Assembly (NCBI GenBank): GCA_963809475.1
Contig: CAWEJS010000001.1
Location: 410,125-474,124, forward strand
DNA length: 64,000 bases
Direction of reading: 5' to 3'
Source of the DNA: an uncultured Acidobacteriota bacterium
Lineage (GTDB): Bacteria > Acidobacteriota > Vicinamibacteria > Vicinamibacterales > JAKQTR01
This document shows positions 46,302 to 55,543 of this stretch, piece by piece. The notes beneath the pieces were generated by a model. That model made no database searches and was not told the DNA's origin. It saw nothing but the letters and a program-made list of their open reading frames with translations. The translations under genes and the position numbers were made by a program. Every line of letters begins with the position of its first letter. Within the stretch, counting starts at the first letter, position 1.

Positions 46302-47528
46302 TCAGAACCAGAGGAGCGCCTGGACGGCCGCCAGGCGACTTCGGCGGACGCCGCCGCCGTCGCGCCAGTTGTCCATGACGGAGGCCTTCACGAGCAGGCC
46401 CCGCCTGATTGTGTATCCCACGCCAAGCTCGACTCGGGACACATTCGCGTCCCACGTGCGGAAGCCGGCAGAGCCGCGAAGGGCCGAGAAGGTCATGCGA
46501 TCACCCCGGGCCGCGACGTAGAAACCCGGGCGCAGGCGTACCTTGGTTTCGAGATACCAGGCCCGGGATCCGAGCGGGTCGATGATGCGCGGCTCGTCCA
46601 GGGCCGGCAGCGCCCACGAACTCGCCACGAACTCGCCGCGAAGCAGCCAGCGGCCCCACGACGTCTCGGCATCGATCCCGACGGCTTGCTGATTGTAGGG
46701 CCGGTCCGGAATGCCGGGACGCGCTGCGCGGACCACGTCACTGACGAACGCGCCCCGAGCGGCGGACACGCCGATGGCGAACGCGGGAACGGGCCGCCAG
46801 CCCAGGTGGCCGGCCACCTGGCCGCCTCCGTTGTCGTTCTTCACCAGCGGGGACGACAGCGATCCCACGGTCAGCGCCACCGCGCCTTCCAGCGTCGGCC
46901 GCCCCACGCGAACCTCGATTCCTGTGTCCCACCGGCCAGCCGCAATCATCGGCACGCCGGCTCCCGCGTACGCATCGCCCACCGGGTAGGAAGCCCGCCA
47001 TCCCCGGCCGCGCATCCGCAGCAGGTCGTCGGCCGTCGCCGGCACGGCGTCCGGGCGCAGCGACGTCAGGTACTGGTACCCGAGCGGATCGCCGATGAGC
47101 GGATTGTCTTGCGGATAGCTTCGCCGCGCGTATGTTCCGAACACGGGCGGGATCCGCCCGGCCTGGATGTCAACGAGGCCGCTGTCAAACGGTGTCAGGC
47201 GCATGTACCACGCATACGGCCTGACGCCGGTTCCTGTTTCGGCCCGGATCTCCGTCAGGAAGGTCAATCGCCGCGACACGCGGAGCTCGACGGTCAGGCC
47301 GGCGCGGATCCGTCGAAGCGCACTGGTCTCATAGTCCGTGTACGTGAACCAGCCCGGGTCATCGCTGCCATAGGTCGCCGACGCGTCGCCTGCCAGAAGG
47401 AGGCGGCCGCCGGCAAGGGCTACCGGCTCGCTCGGCCAATGCTGAGCGTCAGCCAGGGGTGGCTGGAGTGGCCCGACGCAGGCAACGAACGTTGCAACGG
47501 CGATCCGCCGCGAGATACTCGCACACAT
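46302..47528 (-). CDS. putative outer-membrane beta-barrel protein
   Basis: The start is set at ATG 47528 with a signal-like peptide (MCASISRRIAVATFVACVG...ADAQ). Alternating beta-strand pattern, Gly/aromatic-rich, C-terminal ...ALLWF. The rest of the 729-aa track ORF is discarded. Confidence 0.5.
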   Translation of the reverse strand: MCASISRRIAVATFVACVGPLQPPLADAQHWPSEPVALAGGRLLLAGDASATYGSDDPGWFTYTDYETSALRRIRAGLTVELRVSRRLTFLTEIRAETGTGVRPYAWYMRLTPFDSGLVDIQAGRIPPVFGTYARRSYPQDNPLIGDPLGYQYLTSLRPDAVPATADDLLRMRGRGWRASYPVGDAYAGAGVPMIAAGRWDTGIEVRVGRPTLEGAVALTVGSLSSPLVKNDNGGGQVAGHLGWRPVPAFAIGVSAARGAFVSDVVRAARPGIPDRPYNQQAVGIDAETSWGRWLLRGEFVASSWALPALDEPRIIDPLGSRAWYLETKVRLRPGFYVAARGDRMTFSALRGSAGFRTWDANVSRVELGVGYTIRRGLLVKASVMDNWRDGGGVRRSRLAAVQALLWF

Positions 47529-47605
47529 TCTTGAGTGCCGACTCCATTCTATGCACATTCGCTGCCCGGCCGGAGAGCGGTTCGGGCACGGTGCCCGCCC
47601 GCCGG

Positions 47606-48562
47606 CTAGCGCAACCGATACGTCGCGAGCGCGCGGAGGTTGAAAAGGCCGTCGTTCCGCGCCGGCGCACCCGGGCCTCGCCTGACCGAGAGCGGGGAAT
47701 AGAAGGCATCCACGCTCAGAGACAGCCGGGTCGTCAGCGGGTAGCTGATCCCGCCGCTGGCGGACGCTGTCACGCCGTGCGAGGTGTACCTGGTGTGATC
47801 GATCATGTCGAAGGTCAGCGCGTCGACCTGGAACGCCACGTTCATATAGGTGAGCCCGACCGCGGCATGCGGTGAGAGCCTGTGCGGGACGCCCGGCCGA
47901 TACGCGATGCTGGCTTCCCCGCCCGCATAGCGCAAGACCGCTGTGTCTGATGACGCCGCCTGGCAGCCGTCGATGTTGCCGGGGGAGCCCGGCTCGAACG
48001 CCAGGATCGTCTCCGGGCACGTGTAAGACCCCTTCACCCGGCCGACCTGCCCGTAGCCGCGCAGGCCCACAGCCCACGAGGTTGTTTCGTAGACTGGCCG
48101 CTCGATTGCGATCGCCAGCAGCGCCGGCGTGATCCCGAACATCCGGACGGGAGGCACCACCGCGACGATGAGCGACAGGCGGGCCGGCAGCGCGATGGTG
48201 ACACGGGGCCTCAGGAACATCGGCGCCTTGTTGAGATCCTGTGCCTCCGTTCCGTCGTATCCGACGAGCTGCTGCGCGTCGCTGAGCGGAGGCAGCCATC
48301 CGACTTCCAGTCCGAGTGACACGGCGCCCGGCTTCCGGGTGCGGGGCGTCTCGAGGCCGCTGAGCAGAGAGGCCGACGCGAAGTGCTTGAGCGCCCACGA
48401 TTCCGGCCGGTCGAAGGAAAGGTGGTCGACGCTGTTCATGACCATCTGGGCGGCTGAGGGCGACGGGATGCCGACGAGACACGCGGCGCAAGCGGCCAGG
48501 CAGACCACCGTCCTCGAGACCCCGACACGACGTCGCACGTTACCGAGCAGTTCCGGTGTCAC
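47606..48562 (-). CDS. putative outer-membrane beta-barrel protein
   Basis: Signal peptide (VVCLAACAACLVGIPSPSAAQ), alternating-hydrophobic strands, and an aromatic-containing terminal strand (LRALATYRLR). Confidence 0.45.
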   Translation of the reverse strand: MTPELLGNVRRRVGVSRTVVCLAACAACLVGIPSPSAAQMVMNSVDHLSFDRPESWALKHFASASLLSGLETPRTRKPGAVSLGLEVGWLPPLSDAQQLVGYDGTEAQDLNKAPMFLRPRVTIALPARLSLIVAVVPPVRMFGITPALLAIAIERPVYETTSWAVGLRGYGQVGRVKGSYTCPETILAFEPGSPGNIDGCQAASSDTAVLRYAGGEASIAYRPGVPHRLSPHAAVGLTYMNVAFQVDALTFDMIDHTRYTSHGVTASASGGISYPLTTRLSLSVDAFYSPLSVRRGPGAPARNDGLFNLRALATYRLR

Positions 48563-49196
48563 TTGAAGTCCTCGCTCTCAGCACGAACTGAATGTCGATC
48601 TCGTCTCTGACACGCACCGTGCCACCTCCCGCGGTCACGGGCACCATGCCGAACTCGGACTGCTTCAGCGAGCATGACCCGCGAGCCGTGAGGCGGCCCC
48701 CAGCGTCGATGGTTGCGGTGGCGCGGACGGCCAACGGGCGCGTCGTGCCGTGCAATGTCAGATCGCCCTCGATCAGGAGGTCCGCGGCGGCGGCGGTCCG
48801 CGCCGACACCGAGACCCGCCGCGACCGGTAGCCAATCGTCGGGAATCGTTCGACGTCCAGCACCCGGCCGCCCAGCATCACCCGCTGAACCTCGCCCACG
48901 TCCGCGGGCGGTTCGTTCCTGCCGGTCACGCGCAGGGCGGCCGCTGCGAATTCGAGCGAGACACTGGCGCGCGACAGGTCCACCGGATCGAACACCACCT
49001 GGCCATGGACGTCCGCCGCGGCCACCTCGTGCGCGTGTCCGGCAAAGCCGAACAAACCGGCTTTCCCGACCTGAATCAGGACCTGACTGTCCGCAGCATC
49101 GACGGTCATCACCGTCGGGCTGCTGCCGGCCGACGCCGCGGCCTGGGCGAACAGACACGCCGCGATCGGGAAGCGCCACCGTGAACCGTGCAACAT
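48540..49196 (-). CDS. YceI-family periplasmic lipid/polyisoprenoid-binding protein
   Basis: Signal peptide, then the YceI pattern (S.V.F...K....F.G.......G.V.FD), LDVERFPTI and GDLTLHGTTRP. Confidence 0.75.
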   Translation of the reverse strand: MLHGSRWRFPIAACLFAQAAASAGSSPTVMTVDAADSQVLIQVGKAGLFGFAGHAHEVAAADVHGQVVFDPVDLSRASVSLEFAAAALRVTGRNEPPADVGEVQRVMLGGRVLDVERFPTIGYRSRRVSVSARTAAAADLLIEGDLTLHGTTRPLAVRATATIDAGGRLTARGSCSLKQSEFGMVPVTAGGGTVRVRDEIDIQFVLRARTSSDTGTAR

Positions 49197-49246
49197 GACT
49201 CACCTCGGTTGTCGATCCTGCCACTGGACACGCTGTCCGACACGAC

Positions 49247-49262
49247 TGCAAGGCGCGTGCCC
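49247..49262 (-). promoter_or_regulatory. sigma54 (-24/-12) promoter GGGCACG-N4-TTGCA upstream of yceI
   Basis: The minus strand reads CCAGGGGCACGCGCCTTGCAGTCG. The GG-N10-GC spacing is exact, and 15 of 16 positions match TGGCACG-N4-TTGCA. It lies about 50 nt upstream of the yceI ATG, with a GAGGTGA RBS in between. Confidence 0.6.
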
Positions 49263-49365
49263 CTGGAGGGCGCCGCATGATCCCGCGGTTCTTGGCCTGT
49301 CCGCGGTCGAGATCCGCTGTGTATCCGGGCCGCCGGCGTGATGCCGGCTTACGGGCGCCGTAGAT

Positions 49366-49384
49366 GCTTACGTCGCAGGTAAGC
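49366..49384. promoter_or_regulatory. palindrome GCTTAC-N7-GTAAGC (candidate enhancer-binding-protein site), with an extra GCTTAC at 49347
   Basis: Inverted repeat about 105-135 bp upstream of the sigma54 promoter, a typical UAS distance. Confidence 0.3.
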
Positions 49385-49505
49385 GCTCACCGGTGCGATC
49401 GCCCGAATATCGTGATGTTGGCGCTCCGGACGTCGGTATCGAACTTGCACTGGCGTACGTCGGGTATGGAAAGGAGGGGCCGAACCGGTCCCAGGAGGAT
49501 AGATC

Positions 49506-49928
49506 ATGAACTCGCGATTGACGCTCACGATCGGCGGCGTACTTCTCATTGCGGCGACGGCGGCAGGCTGTGGCGGCGGCGGCATGGGCAGCAGCTACGG
49601 CAGTCCGGCGGCGCCGACCCCGACGAGCCCCGCGCCGACTCAAGGGCCCGTGACGGCGGCGGACGTCACAATCACCATCGTCGGCATGAACGGCAGCAAC
49701 TCGTACTCGCCGAACCCGGTGACGGTGAAGGTCGGCCAGACGGTGGCGTGGCGCAACGCCGACTCGTTGATCCACACCGCGACTGCAGACGCGGGGGGCT
49801 TCGACACGGGCAATATCGCCGCCGGTGCGACGAGCTCCGCGATTGCCATGAATACCGCAGGGAGCTTTCCCTACCACTGTGCGATCCATGGCTTCACCAT
49901 GACCGGGACCTTGACGGTCACGCAGTAG
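49506..49928 (+). CDS. plastocyanin/azurin-family cupredoxin lipoprotein
   Basis: Lipobox (LIAATAAGC). Type-1 copper ligands: H (SLIHTAT) and YHCAIHGFTMTG (C-x2-H-x4-M). Confidence 0.8.
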   Translation: MNSRLTLTIGGVLLIAATAAGCGGGGMGSSYGSPAAPTPTSPAPTQGPVTAADVTITIVGMNGSNSYSPNPVTVKVGQTVAWRNADSLIHTATADAGGFDTGNIAAGATSSAIAMNTAGSFPYHCAIHGFTMTGTLTVTQ

Positions 49929-50032
49929 GCCTCGATAGCGCGTGTCTGGCCGCAGCAGGGATCGAACCGTTTCATGCGGCCAGACGACGCTCTGACACCT
50001 TCCTCGGCGAGCTTCGGCCAGGCAAGCCAGTC

Positions 50033-51094
50033 TCACACCTTGTGCGCGTGCGCGGCGTCGATCGCCACGCGGATGTTGTCCCACGGTACGTCGCTCGAAA
50101 GCGTGCAGTCGGCGCCGAGCATGAACGGGCGGGACGCCTCGTTCAACGCGTCGGTCACCGCGCGGCCGATCTCCGCCTGCCCGCCCGACCAGAACCGGCC
50201 ATGACGGTCCATGCCGCCCATGCACGGCCGGCCGAAGATGCGCGCGACCTCGGCCCAGGGCAGCCTGCTGCCCTTGAGTTGCGGGTTGCAGTTCACCACG
50301 TGGCCCGGGTAATCGACGAACGGCGCCAGGTCCGTATACGGCCCGTTGTAGTCGCAAACGTGCAGGATGTTGAACAGGCACGAGCGCTTCATCTCGTCCA
50401 TCAGCACCAGGTCGAACGGTTTCACGTGCCTGGTGAAGGTGCCGGGATCGCGGAACCTGCCCGCCTCTCCCCCTTGCGTTGACGCATAGAAGCCGTCGAC
50501 GCCCAGCCGCACGCACTCCTTGACGAAACGCATGAGGCTCTCGGTGATCGCGTCGAGCCCCTTTCGCACCGCGTCGGGGTTCTCCTCGAGGTGCGCCGTG
50601 AGGAGCGCGAAGCTGGCCGTGTGGCCGGCGCACATGAACGGCGAGTAGAGCGTCATGAGGACCAGCGCCTCGTGCTTCGCCGCCTTCACCAGGCCCTGCA
50701 CGGCCGACAGGACCGGATCGTAGAACTCGAGCGGATACGAGGGCATGGTCGCCCAGTCCGCCGGCCGCCTGATGGCAGGAACCGGCGGGAACGTCCGCTC
50801 GTACTGGATCTTCACGAGGTCCATGTTCGTATGGCGGAAGTACTCGAGGTGCTTCTTCACCGCAGCGGGGCCGAAATGGAACGCCGGATCGAAGTGGATG
50901 AAGAAGGCGGCAGGAATGTACGGCTGTCGCCCGTCCCGCTCGAGCAGCGCGAGCAAGGCATCGCGCTTGTTGACGGCGGCCGCCGTCTTTTCCTCCGCGG
51001 CGATCTTGTCCAGGGGGGCGGTCACGGCAGCCGCTGCCGCAGCGGCGCCGACCGCCGAGCGCAGGAACTTGCGACGAGACGTCGAGTTGCTCAT
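50033..51094 (-). CDS. uroporphyrinogen-decarboxylase (URO-D)-like family protein with twin-arginine signal
   Basis: ATG 51094 preceded by GAGGAG. TAT motif (SRRKFLRSAVGAAAAAAA). URO-D-like TIM-barrel motifs (NILHVCDYNG, MLGADCTL...WDNIRVAIDA). The family call is by eye only. Confidence 0.6.
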   Translation of the reverse strand: MSNSTSRRKFLRSAVGAAAAAAAVTAPLDKIAAEEKTAAAVNKRDALLALLERDGRQPYIPAAFFIHFDPAFHFGPAAVKKHLEYFRHTNMDLVKIQYERTFPPVPAIRRPADWATMPSYPLEFYDPVLSAVQGLVKAAKHEALVLMTLYSPFMCAGHTASFALLTAHLEENPDAVRKGLDAITESLMRFVKECVRLGVDGFYASTQGGEAGRFRDPGTFTRHVKPFDLVLMDEMKRSCLFNILHVCDYNGPYTDLAPFVDYPGHVVNCNPQLKGSRLPWAEVARIFGRPCMGGMDRHGRFWSGGQAEIGRAVTDALNEASRPFMLGADCTLSSDVPWDNIRVAIDAAHAHKV

Positions 51095-51165
51095 GAGCAG
51101 ACTCCTCTTCGGTCGGATCCGACCACACCGCATCCGGAGCGGGATCCGGGCCCGTGCCGGCGCGG

Positions 51166-53772
51166 CTACACCCGCGCCAGCCGCCTGATCTCGCGGACGT
51201 CGATCGCGCCCGACCTGACGTCGACGAACGGCTGGCCTCCCTTCACGCCCACCGTGCCGTAGCCGGTGGCCGTGGCGAGAAAACAACGGAAATCCCCGGT
51301 CGCCGGCGGATCGAGATACAGCACCCTCTCCACCGCGTCGTACCGCGCGCCGCTCAGGCTCTGAAGCAGAGCGTAGCTCGACATGGCCCGCGCGTACCAG
51401 TGGCCGCACTCATACTCGTTGAAGGGATTGCGCACGCGGCCGTCGTAGCGATCGCGGCACGCGCGGACGATGTCCAGGCCTTCCGTGACGCGGCCCATGA
51501 GTATCAGATGCGAGGCGACCTGGTACTCGATCCCGGTCCAGACCTCGTCGGAGTAGACGAAGGGCAGCGAGAGCTTGCCGCCTTTGGGCCACGAGCAGAG
51601 CAGCAGTCCGCCCTCGGCGCCGCACGCGAAGCTCGGCCGCTGCGGATTCGCATGGGCAGAGAGGTCGCGCTCGAGGTTGTGCCGGTGGACGGCCTGAAGG
51701 TGGCTGGTGACCTTGGCCGCGTCGAGCACCTCGCCGACGCCGCACACCAGCGCAAGCCAGGAGCCGAGTACCCCGTCCGACAGACAGCCGCTGCCGTACT
51801 GGTATTTCGGCCCCTCGCGCTTCATCACGTCCAGCGCCTCGGGCGAGTAGCTGCCGCCGAAGCTCTGGACCTGGGTCGGGTCCTTGGCGCGCAGGCCCGA
51901 CCACTGGATCTTCTGGATGAAGAACTCGCCGTCGAACAACTCGGCCTCGGTGCGCTGCGTCCCCTTTTCCAGCAGCGCCGCATACTCGGCCACATCGTCG
52001 CCGAGGGCGGCGCCCATCGCGACCGCGGCCTTGAGCGCGCCCAGGTAGAAGCTCGTGCACATGCCGTCCGGGCCCCAGAACTCGATGTCGTAGGTGTTGT
52101 GATGGGGCTCCTCGACCCACCCCTTGCGCTCGGGGTCCCACAGGTCGATGCAGTAGCTGAGGCTGGTCCTGACCTTGGGCCAGAGGGTCTTCAGCCACGC
52201 CGTGTCGCCGCTGACGCGCCACTCGCGAAACACCTTCATGATGCCGCCGAGCTGGCCGTCGGCCGCGGCGTGGAAGTCGTGCGCAACGGGGCGGATGGGC
52301 AGCGCGCTCCGGAACTGCTGGTGCCCGCGTACGTCCTGCGAGGGGCCGAACTCCGTTTCCCGCAACGTGCGTTCGAGCGACGGGAAGAGGTGCGGAATGG
52401 ACTGCGCGTAGTTCCAGACGTGCGTGCACGAGCCGTGGCAGCAACCCGAGTTGTCGCTGCAGCCTTCCCACGCCCACAGCCGGCCGTCAGCCTGGCGCAT
52501 TACCGTCGGCGACTTCAGGATCGTGAGGTTCGCGGCCACCGCTTCAATCGCTTCCGGGGGCAGCGTGGTGTCGTAGAAGCAGTCGCTGAACCGTTGCGTT
52601 CTGGCGCGCAGGTCGTCGTAGTAATCCCGCCAGTACGCGCTGACAGCGTCAATCCCGGTGAACCGTCCCGCATACCATGGCTTGTAGGTGCCCGGCACCG
52701 ATTCGACGCCCGGCCCGGCCTCCAGGTCCTTTCCGAGACGCAGGTTCGTCTGGCCCACGAACCAGGCGAGCCGCAATACGATGGTCTTGGACGCCAGCGG
52801 GGCGACCGTGAACGGCACAGAGAGCGTCGCCCCGGGCGACGGCTCCCCATCGTCGATCGGCGGGCGGTCATGGCAGGCGCCCTGGGCGACGTCGTTCCAC
52901 GCGATCGTCAGCGGATCCCACCAGCCGCCGCGGAACCAGGCGTGATTGACGTGGACCGCCGAATCGCTGACGGCGGCGGAGAACGCGCCGTCCTCCCAGT
53001 CGCGGTCCTTTGCGCCCGCACCGGACAGGACGAAGCCGCCGGGCGTGGATGTCACCCCCTGCGGATTCTCACCGATGGCCATGAAGTTCTTCGCGCTCCA
53101 GGAGAACACCGCCTCGATCGGGCGGCCGGTCGGATTACTGAAGCGATACTCGAGGGCCGCGACGGGCAGACTGGAGTCGTCCGCGTCACCGGGCTCGAAC
53201 GGGCTCCAGCCGGTAATGAGGACCTTGAGCGGCACATCCGGATCCGCGAGCATGACGGCGCCGAAAGGAAAGCGCGCGCGAAACGTCGCCCGGCGAAACC
53301 GCGGCAGTCCGAACGACGTGCCGGAGGCGCCATTGCCCGTGCCCGGCGCGCCGAACTTCTTCCAGTTCGGCACCGGCCCTTCCAGTACCCGCGCGGTGTT
53401 TGTCCTGCCCTTCACGCAGAGCGCGGCGAACGTCAGCGGTTCGTTGAACACCTCCGGCCTGTGGCGCAGGGACACGTGCGACAGGGCGCCGGTGCCTTCG
53501 AGGCAGATCATGCCCGCGCCCAGGCCGCCCATCGGAAAGGCGACCCGGTTCAGCCGCTCGCCGGCGTACACGCCGTTGTACCTGGACGTACCGCCCGGCC
53601 GGGGCGAGGTCGTCGACCGCCCCCCGGCGGCAGGTCCCGCAGCGGACTGCCGGCCCGCGGCCTCTACCGCCGGAACCACGCTGGACGTACCGATGGCGCC
53701 GACGGTGGCCGCGGACATCTTGAGGAAGTCCCGCCGGGGGACGGGTGAGGGATGCTTGCGGTTACGCGGCAT
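51166..53772 (-). CDS. GH116-family (GBA2-type) beta-glucosidase/glucosylceramidase-like hydrolase, TAT signal
   Basis: ATG 53772 preceded by AGGAGAAG. TAT motif (RRDFLKMSAATVG). GBA2 N-terminal motif (RVAFPMGGLGAGMICLEGTG). Catalytic-domain motifs (HVWNYAQ, EVWTGIEYQVASHLI). Confidence 0.8.
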   Translation of the reverse strand: MPRNRKHPSPVPRRDFLKMSAATVGAIGTSSVVPAVEAAGRQSAAGPAAGGRSTTSPRPGGTSRYNGVYAGERLNRVAFPMGGLGAGMICLEGTGALSHVSLRHRPEVFNEPLTFAALCVKGRTNTARVLEGPVPNWKKFGAPGTGNGASGTSFGLPRFRRATFRARFPFGAVMLADPDVPLKVLITGWSPFEPGDADDSSLPVAALEYRFSNPTGRPIEAVFSWSAKNFMAIGENPQGVTSTPGGFVLSGAGAKDRDWEDGAFSAAVSDSAVHVNHAWFRGGWWDPLTIAWNDVAQGACHDRPPIDDGEPSPGATLSVPFTVAPLASKTIVLRLAWFVGQTNLRLGKDLEAGPGVESVPGTYKPWYAGRFTGIDAVSAYWRDYYDDLRARTQRFSDCFYDTTLPPEAIEAVAANLTILKSPTVMRQADGRLWAWEGCSDNSGCCHGSCTHVWNYAQSIPHLFPSLERTLRETEFGPSQDVRGHQQFRSALPIRPVAHDFHAAADGQLGGIMKVFREWRVSGDTAWLKTLWPKVRTSLSYCIDLWDPERKGWVEEPHHNTYDIEFWGPDGMCTSFYLGALKAAVAMGAALGDDVAEYAALLEKGTQRTEAELFDGEFFIQKIQWSGLRAKDPTQVQSFGGSYSPEALDVMKREGPKYQYGSGCLSDGVLGSWLALVCGVGEVLDAAKVTSHLQAVHRHNLERDLSAHANPQRPSFACGAEGGLLLCSWPKGGKLSLPFVYSDEVWTGIEYQVASHLILMGRVTEGLDIVRACRDRYDGRVRNPFNEYECGHWYARAMSSYALLQSLSGARYDAVERVLYLDPPATGDFRCFLATATGYGTVGVKGGQPFVDVRSGAIDVREIRRLARV

Positions 53773-53993
53773 GATCGACTTCTCCTGCGGGTTGGCTTGC
53801 GAGGACATTACATGGCAGGATTCTGCTCTCCACTCCGGCCGCAAGGCAAGACTTGTCACTTGCGCAGCGGCGGGGGCACCGCGATGCGACCAGGCATGTC
53901 GTCTTCGACGCCACGCGGATGGGCGAGCTTACCGCCGAGCCCGTTCGGCGGTACGATTGGCGGGTCCGTGAACGAGGAGCAGATGTGAGGCAC

Positions 53994-55457
53994 ATGGTCA
54001 CCCGTCGCGACTTCCTGATGAAGACCGCTGCCGGCGGTCTCTCGGTCTACGGTGCCCTCGCCAGGCCTGCCTGGGCCGGCCCGATCGGGGCCAACGACGC
54101 CGTCCGGATGGCGGTGGTCGGCGTGAGAAGCAAGGGCCGCCACCACATCGAGATGTTCAAGGCGGTCCCGGGCGTGCGCCTGGTCGCGCTCTGTGATGTC
54201 GACGAGACGATCCTGGGCCAGCGTGCCGGGGAACTCGCCTCCGAGGGCATCCAGGTGACCAGAGACGTGGACGTCCGCCGGTTGCTGGAACGCCAGGACG
54301 TGGACGCGATTTCCATCGCCACGCCCAACCACTGGCACTCGCTGATAGCCGTCTGGGCCTGCCAGGCGGGCAAGGACGTCTACGTCGAGAAGCCCATCTC
54401 CCACAATGTCTGGGAGGGCCGCAAGGTCGTCGAGGCGGCGGCCAAGTACGGCCGGATCGTCCAGGCAGGCACCCAGTCGCGGTCCGACGAGGCACTCATC
54501 GAGATGGCCGCCTTCCTGCGCAGCGGCCAACTCGGGAAGATCCTGCGCGCCCGAGGCTTCTGCTACAAGCGCCGCGAGACCATCGGCAAGGTCGACGGCC
54601 CGCAACCCATCCCGGCCGGCGTGCACTACGACCTGTTCTGCGGGCCCGCGCCGCTCGAGCCCCTGCGGCGGAGGGAGCTGCACTACGACTGGCACTGGGT
54701 CTGGCCGACCGGCAACGGCGACATCGGCAACCAGGGCATCCACGAAGTGGACATGTGCCGGTGGATGCTCGGCGAGGAGACACTGCCGCGCCGCGTGTTC
54801 AGCATCGGCGGACGGTACGGCTACGTCGACGACGCGGAAACCCCCAACACTCAAATCGCGGTCTTCGACTACCCGTCGGCGCCGATCATCTTCGAGGTCC
54901 GGGGGCTTCCGCAGCAGGCGGGCGCCAACTACATGGATCAGTACCGCGGCGTGCGGATCGGGATCGTCATCGAGTGTGAGCACGGCTACTTTGCGGGCGG
55001 CGCCGGAGGCGGCGCGATCTACGATTCGGCCGGAAAGCGGGTCAGAGGGCTTCCGAGTTCCGGAGGCGGCGCACACGTGGAGAACTTCATCGCGGCGGTC
55101 CGAAGCCGGAAGCCGCAGGACCTGCGGGCGCCGATTGAAGGGGGCCACTGCTCCTCGGCGCTGTGTCACCTCGCCAACGTCTCGTACCGTCTGGGGACGC
55201 AGGTCCCCACGCCCGAGCTGAAGGCGCAGGCGGGATCACGAGCCGACGTGGCGGAGACCGTGGATCGCTTCGCCAGCCACCTGGCGGCCAACGGCGTCGA
55301 TCCGGCCCGGATCGCGTCGACCCTGGGGCCTGTCCTGGACATCCTGCCGGAAGAAGAGCGGTTCGCGAGTCGCTCGGAGTACGACATCGGCGCCTGGGCC
55401 AACCGGCTCCTCCGAGACGACTACCGGCCGCCGTTCGTCGTCCCCGAGCAGGTCTAG
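53994..55457 (+). CDS. Gfo/Idh/MocA-family oxidoreductase with TAT signal
   Basis: MVTRRDFLMKTAAGG, MAVVGVRSKG, ATPNHWH and GKDVYVEKP. Confidence 0.85.
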   Translation: MVTRRDFLMKTAAGGLSVYGALARPAWAGPIGANDAVRMAVVGVRSKGRHHIEMFKAVPGVRLVALCDVDETILGQRAGELASEGIQVTRDVDVRRLLERQDVDAISIATPNHWHSLIAVWACQAGKDVYVEKPISHNVWEGRKVVEAAAKYGRIVQAGTQSRSDEALIEMAAFLRSGQLGKILRARGFCYKRRETIGKVDGPQPIPAGVHYDLFCGPAPLEPLRRRELHYDWHWVWPTGNGDIGNQGIHEVDMCRWMLGEETLPRRVFSIGGRYGYVDDAETPNTQIAVFDYPSAPIIFEVRGLPQQAGANYMDQYRGVRIGIVIECEHGYFAGGAGGGAIYDSAGKRVRGLPSSGGGAHVENFIAAVRSRKPQDLRAPIEGGHCSSALCHLANVSYRLGTQVPTPELKAQAGSRADVAETVDRFASHLAANGVDPARIASTLGPVLDILPEEERFASRSEYDIGAWANRLLRDDYRPPFVVPEQV

Positions 55458-55543
55458 CGGAGGGCAGGGACGCCGGCGGTCAACGACGCACGTGTTCGGC
55501 CGGATTGGCGCGTATGCCAGGACTATTGGAAAGGACGGGAGTC

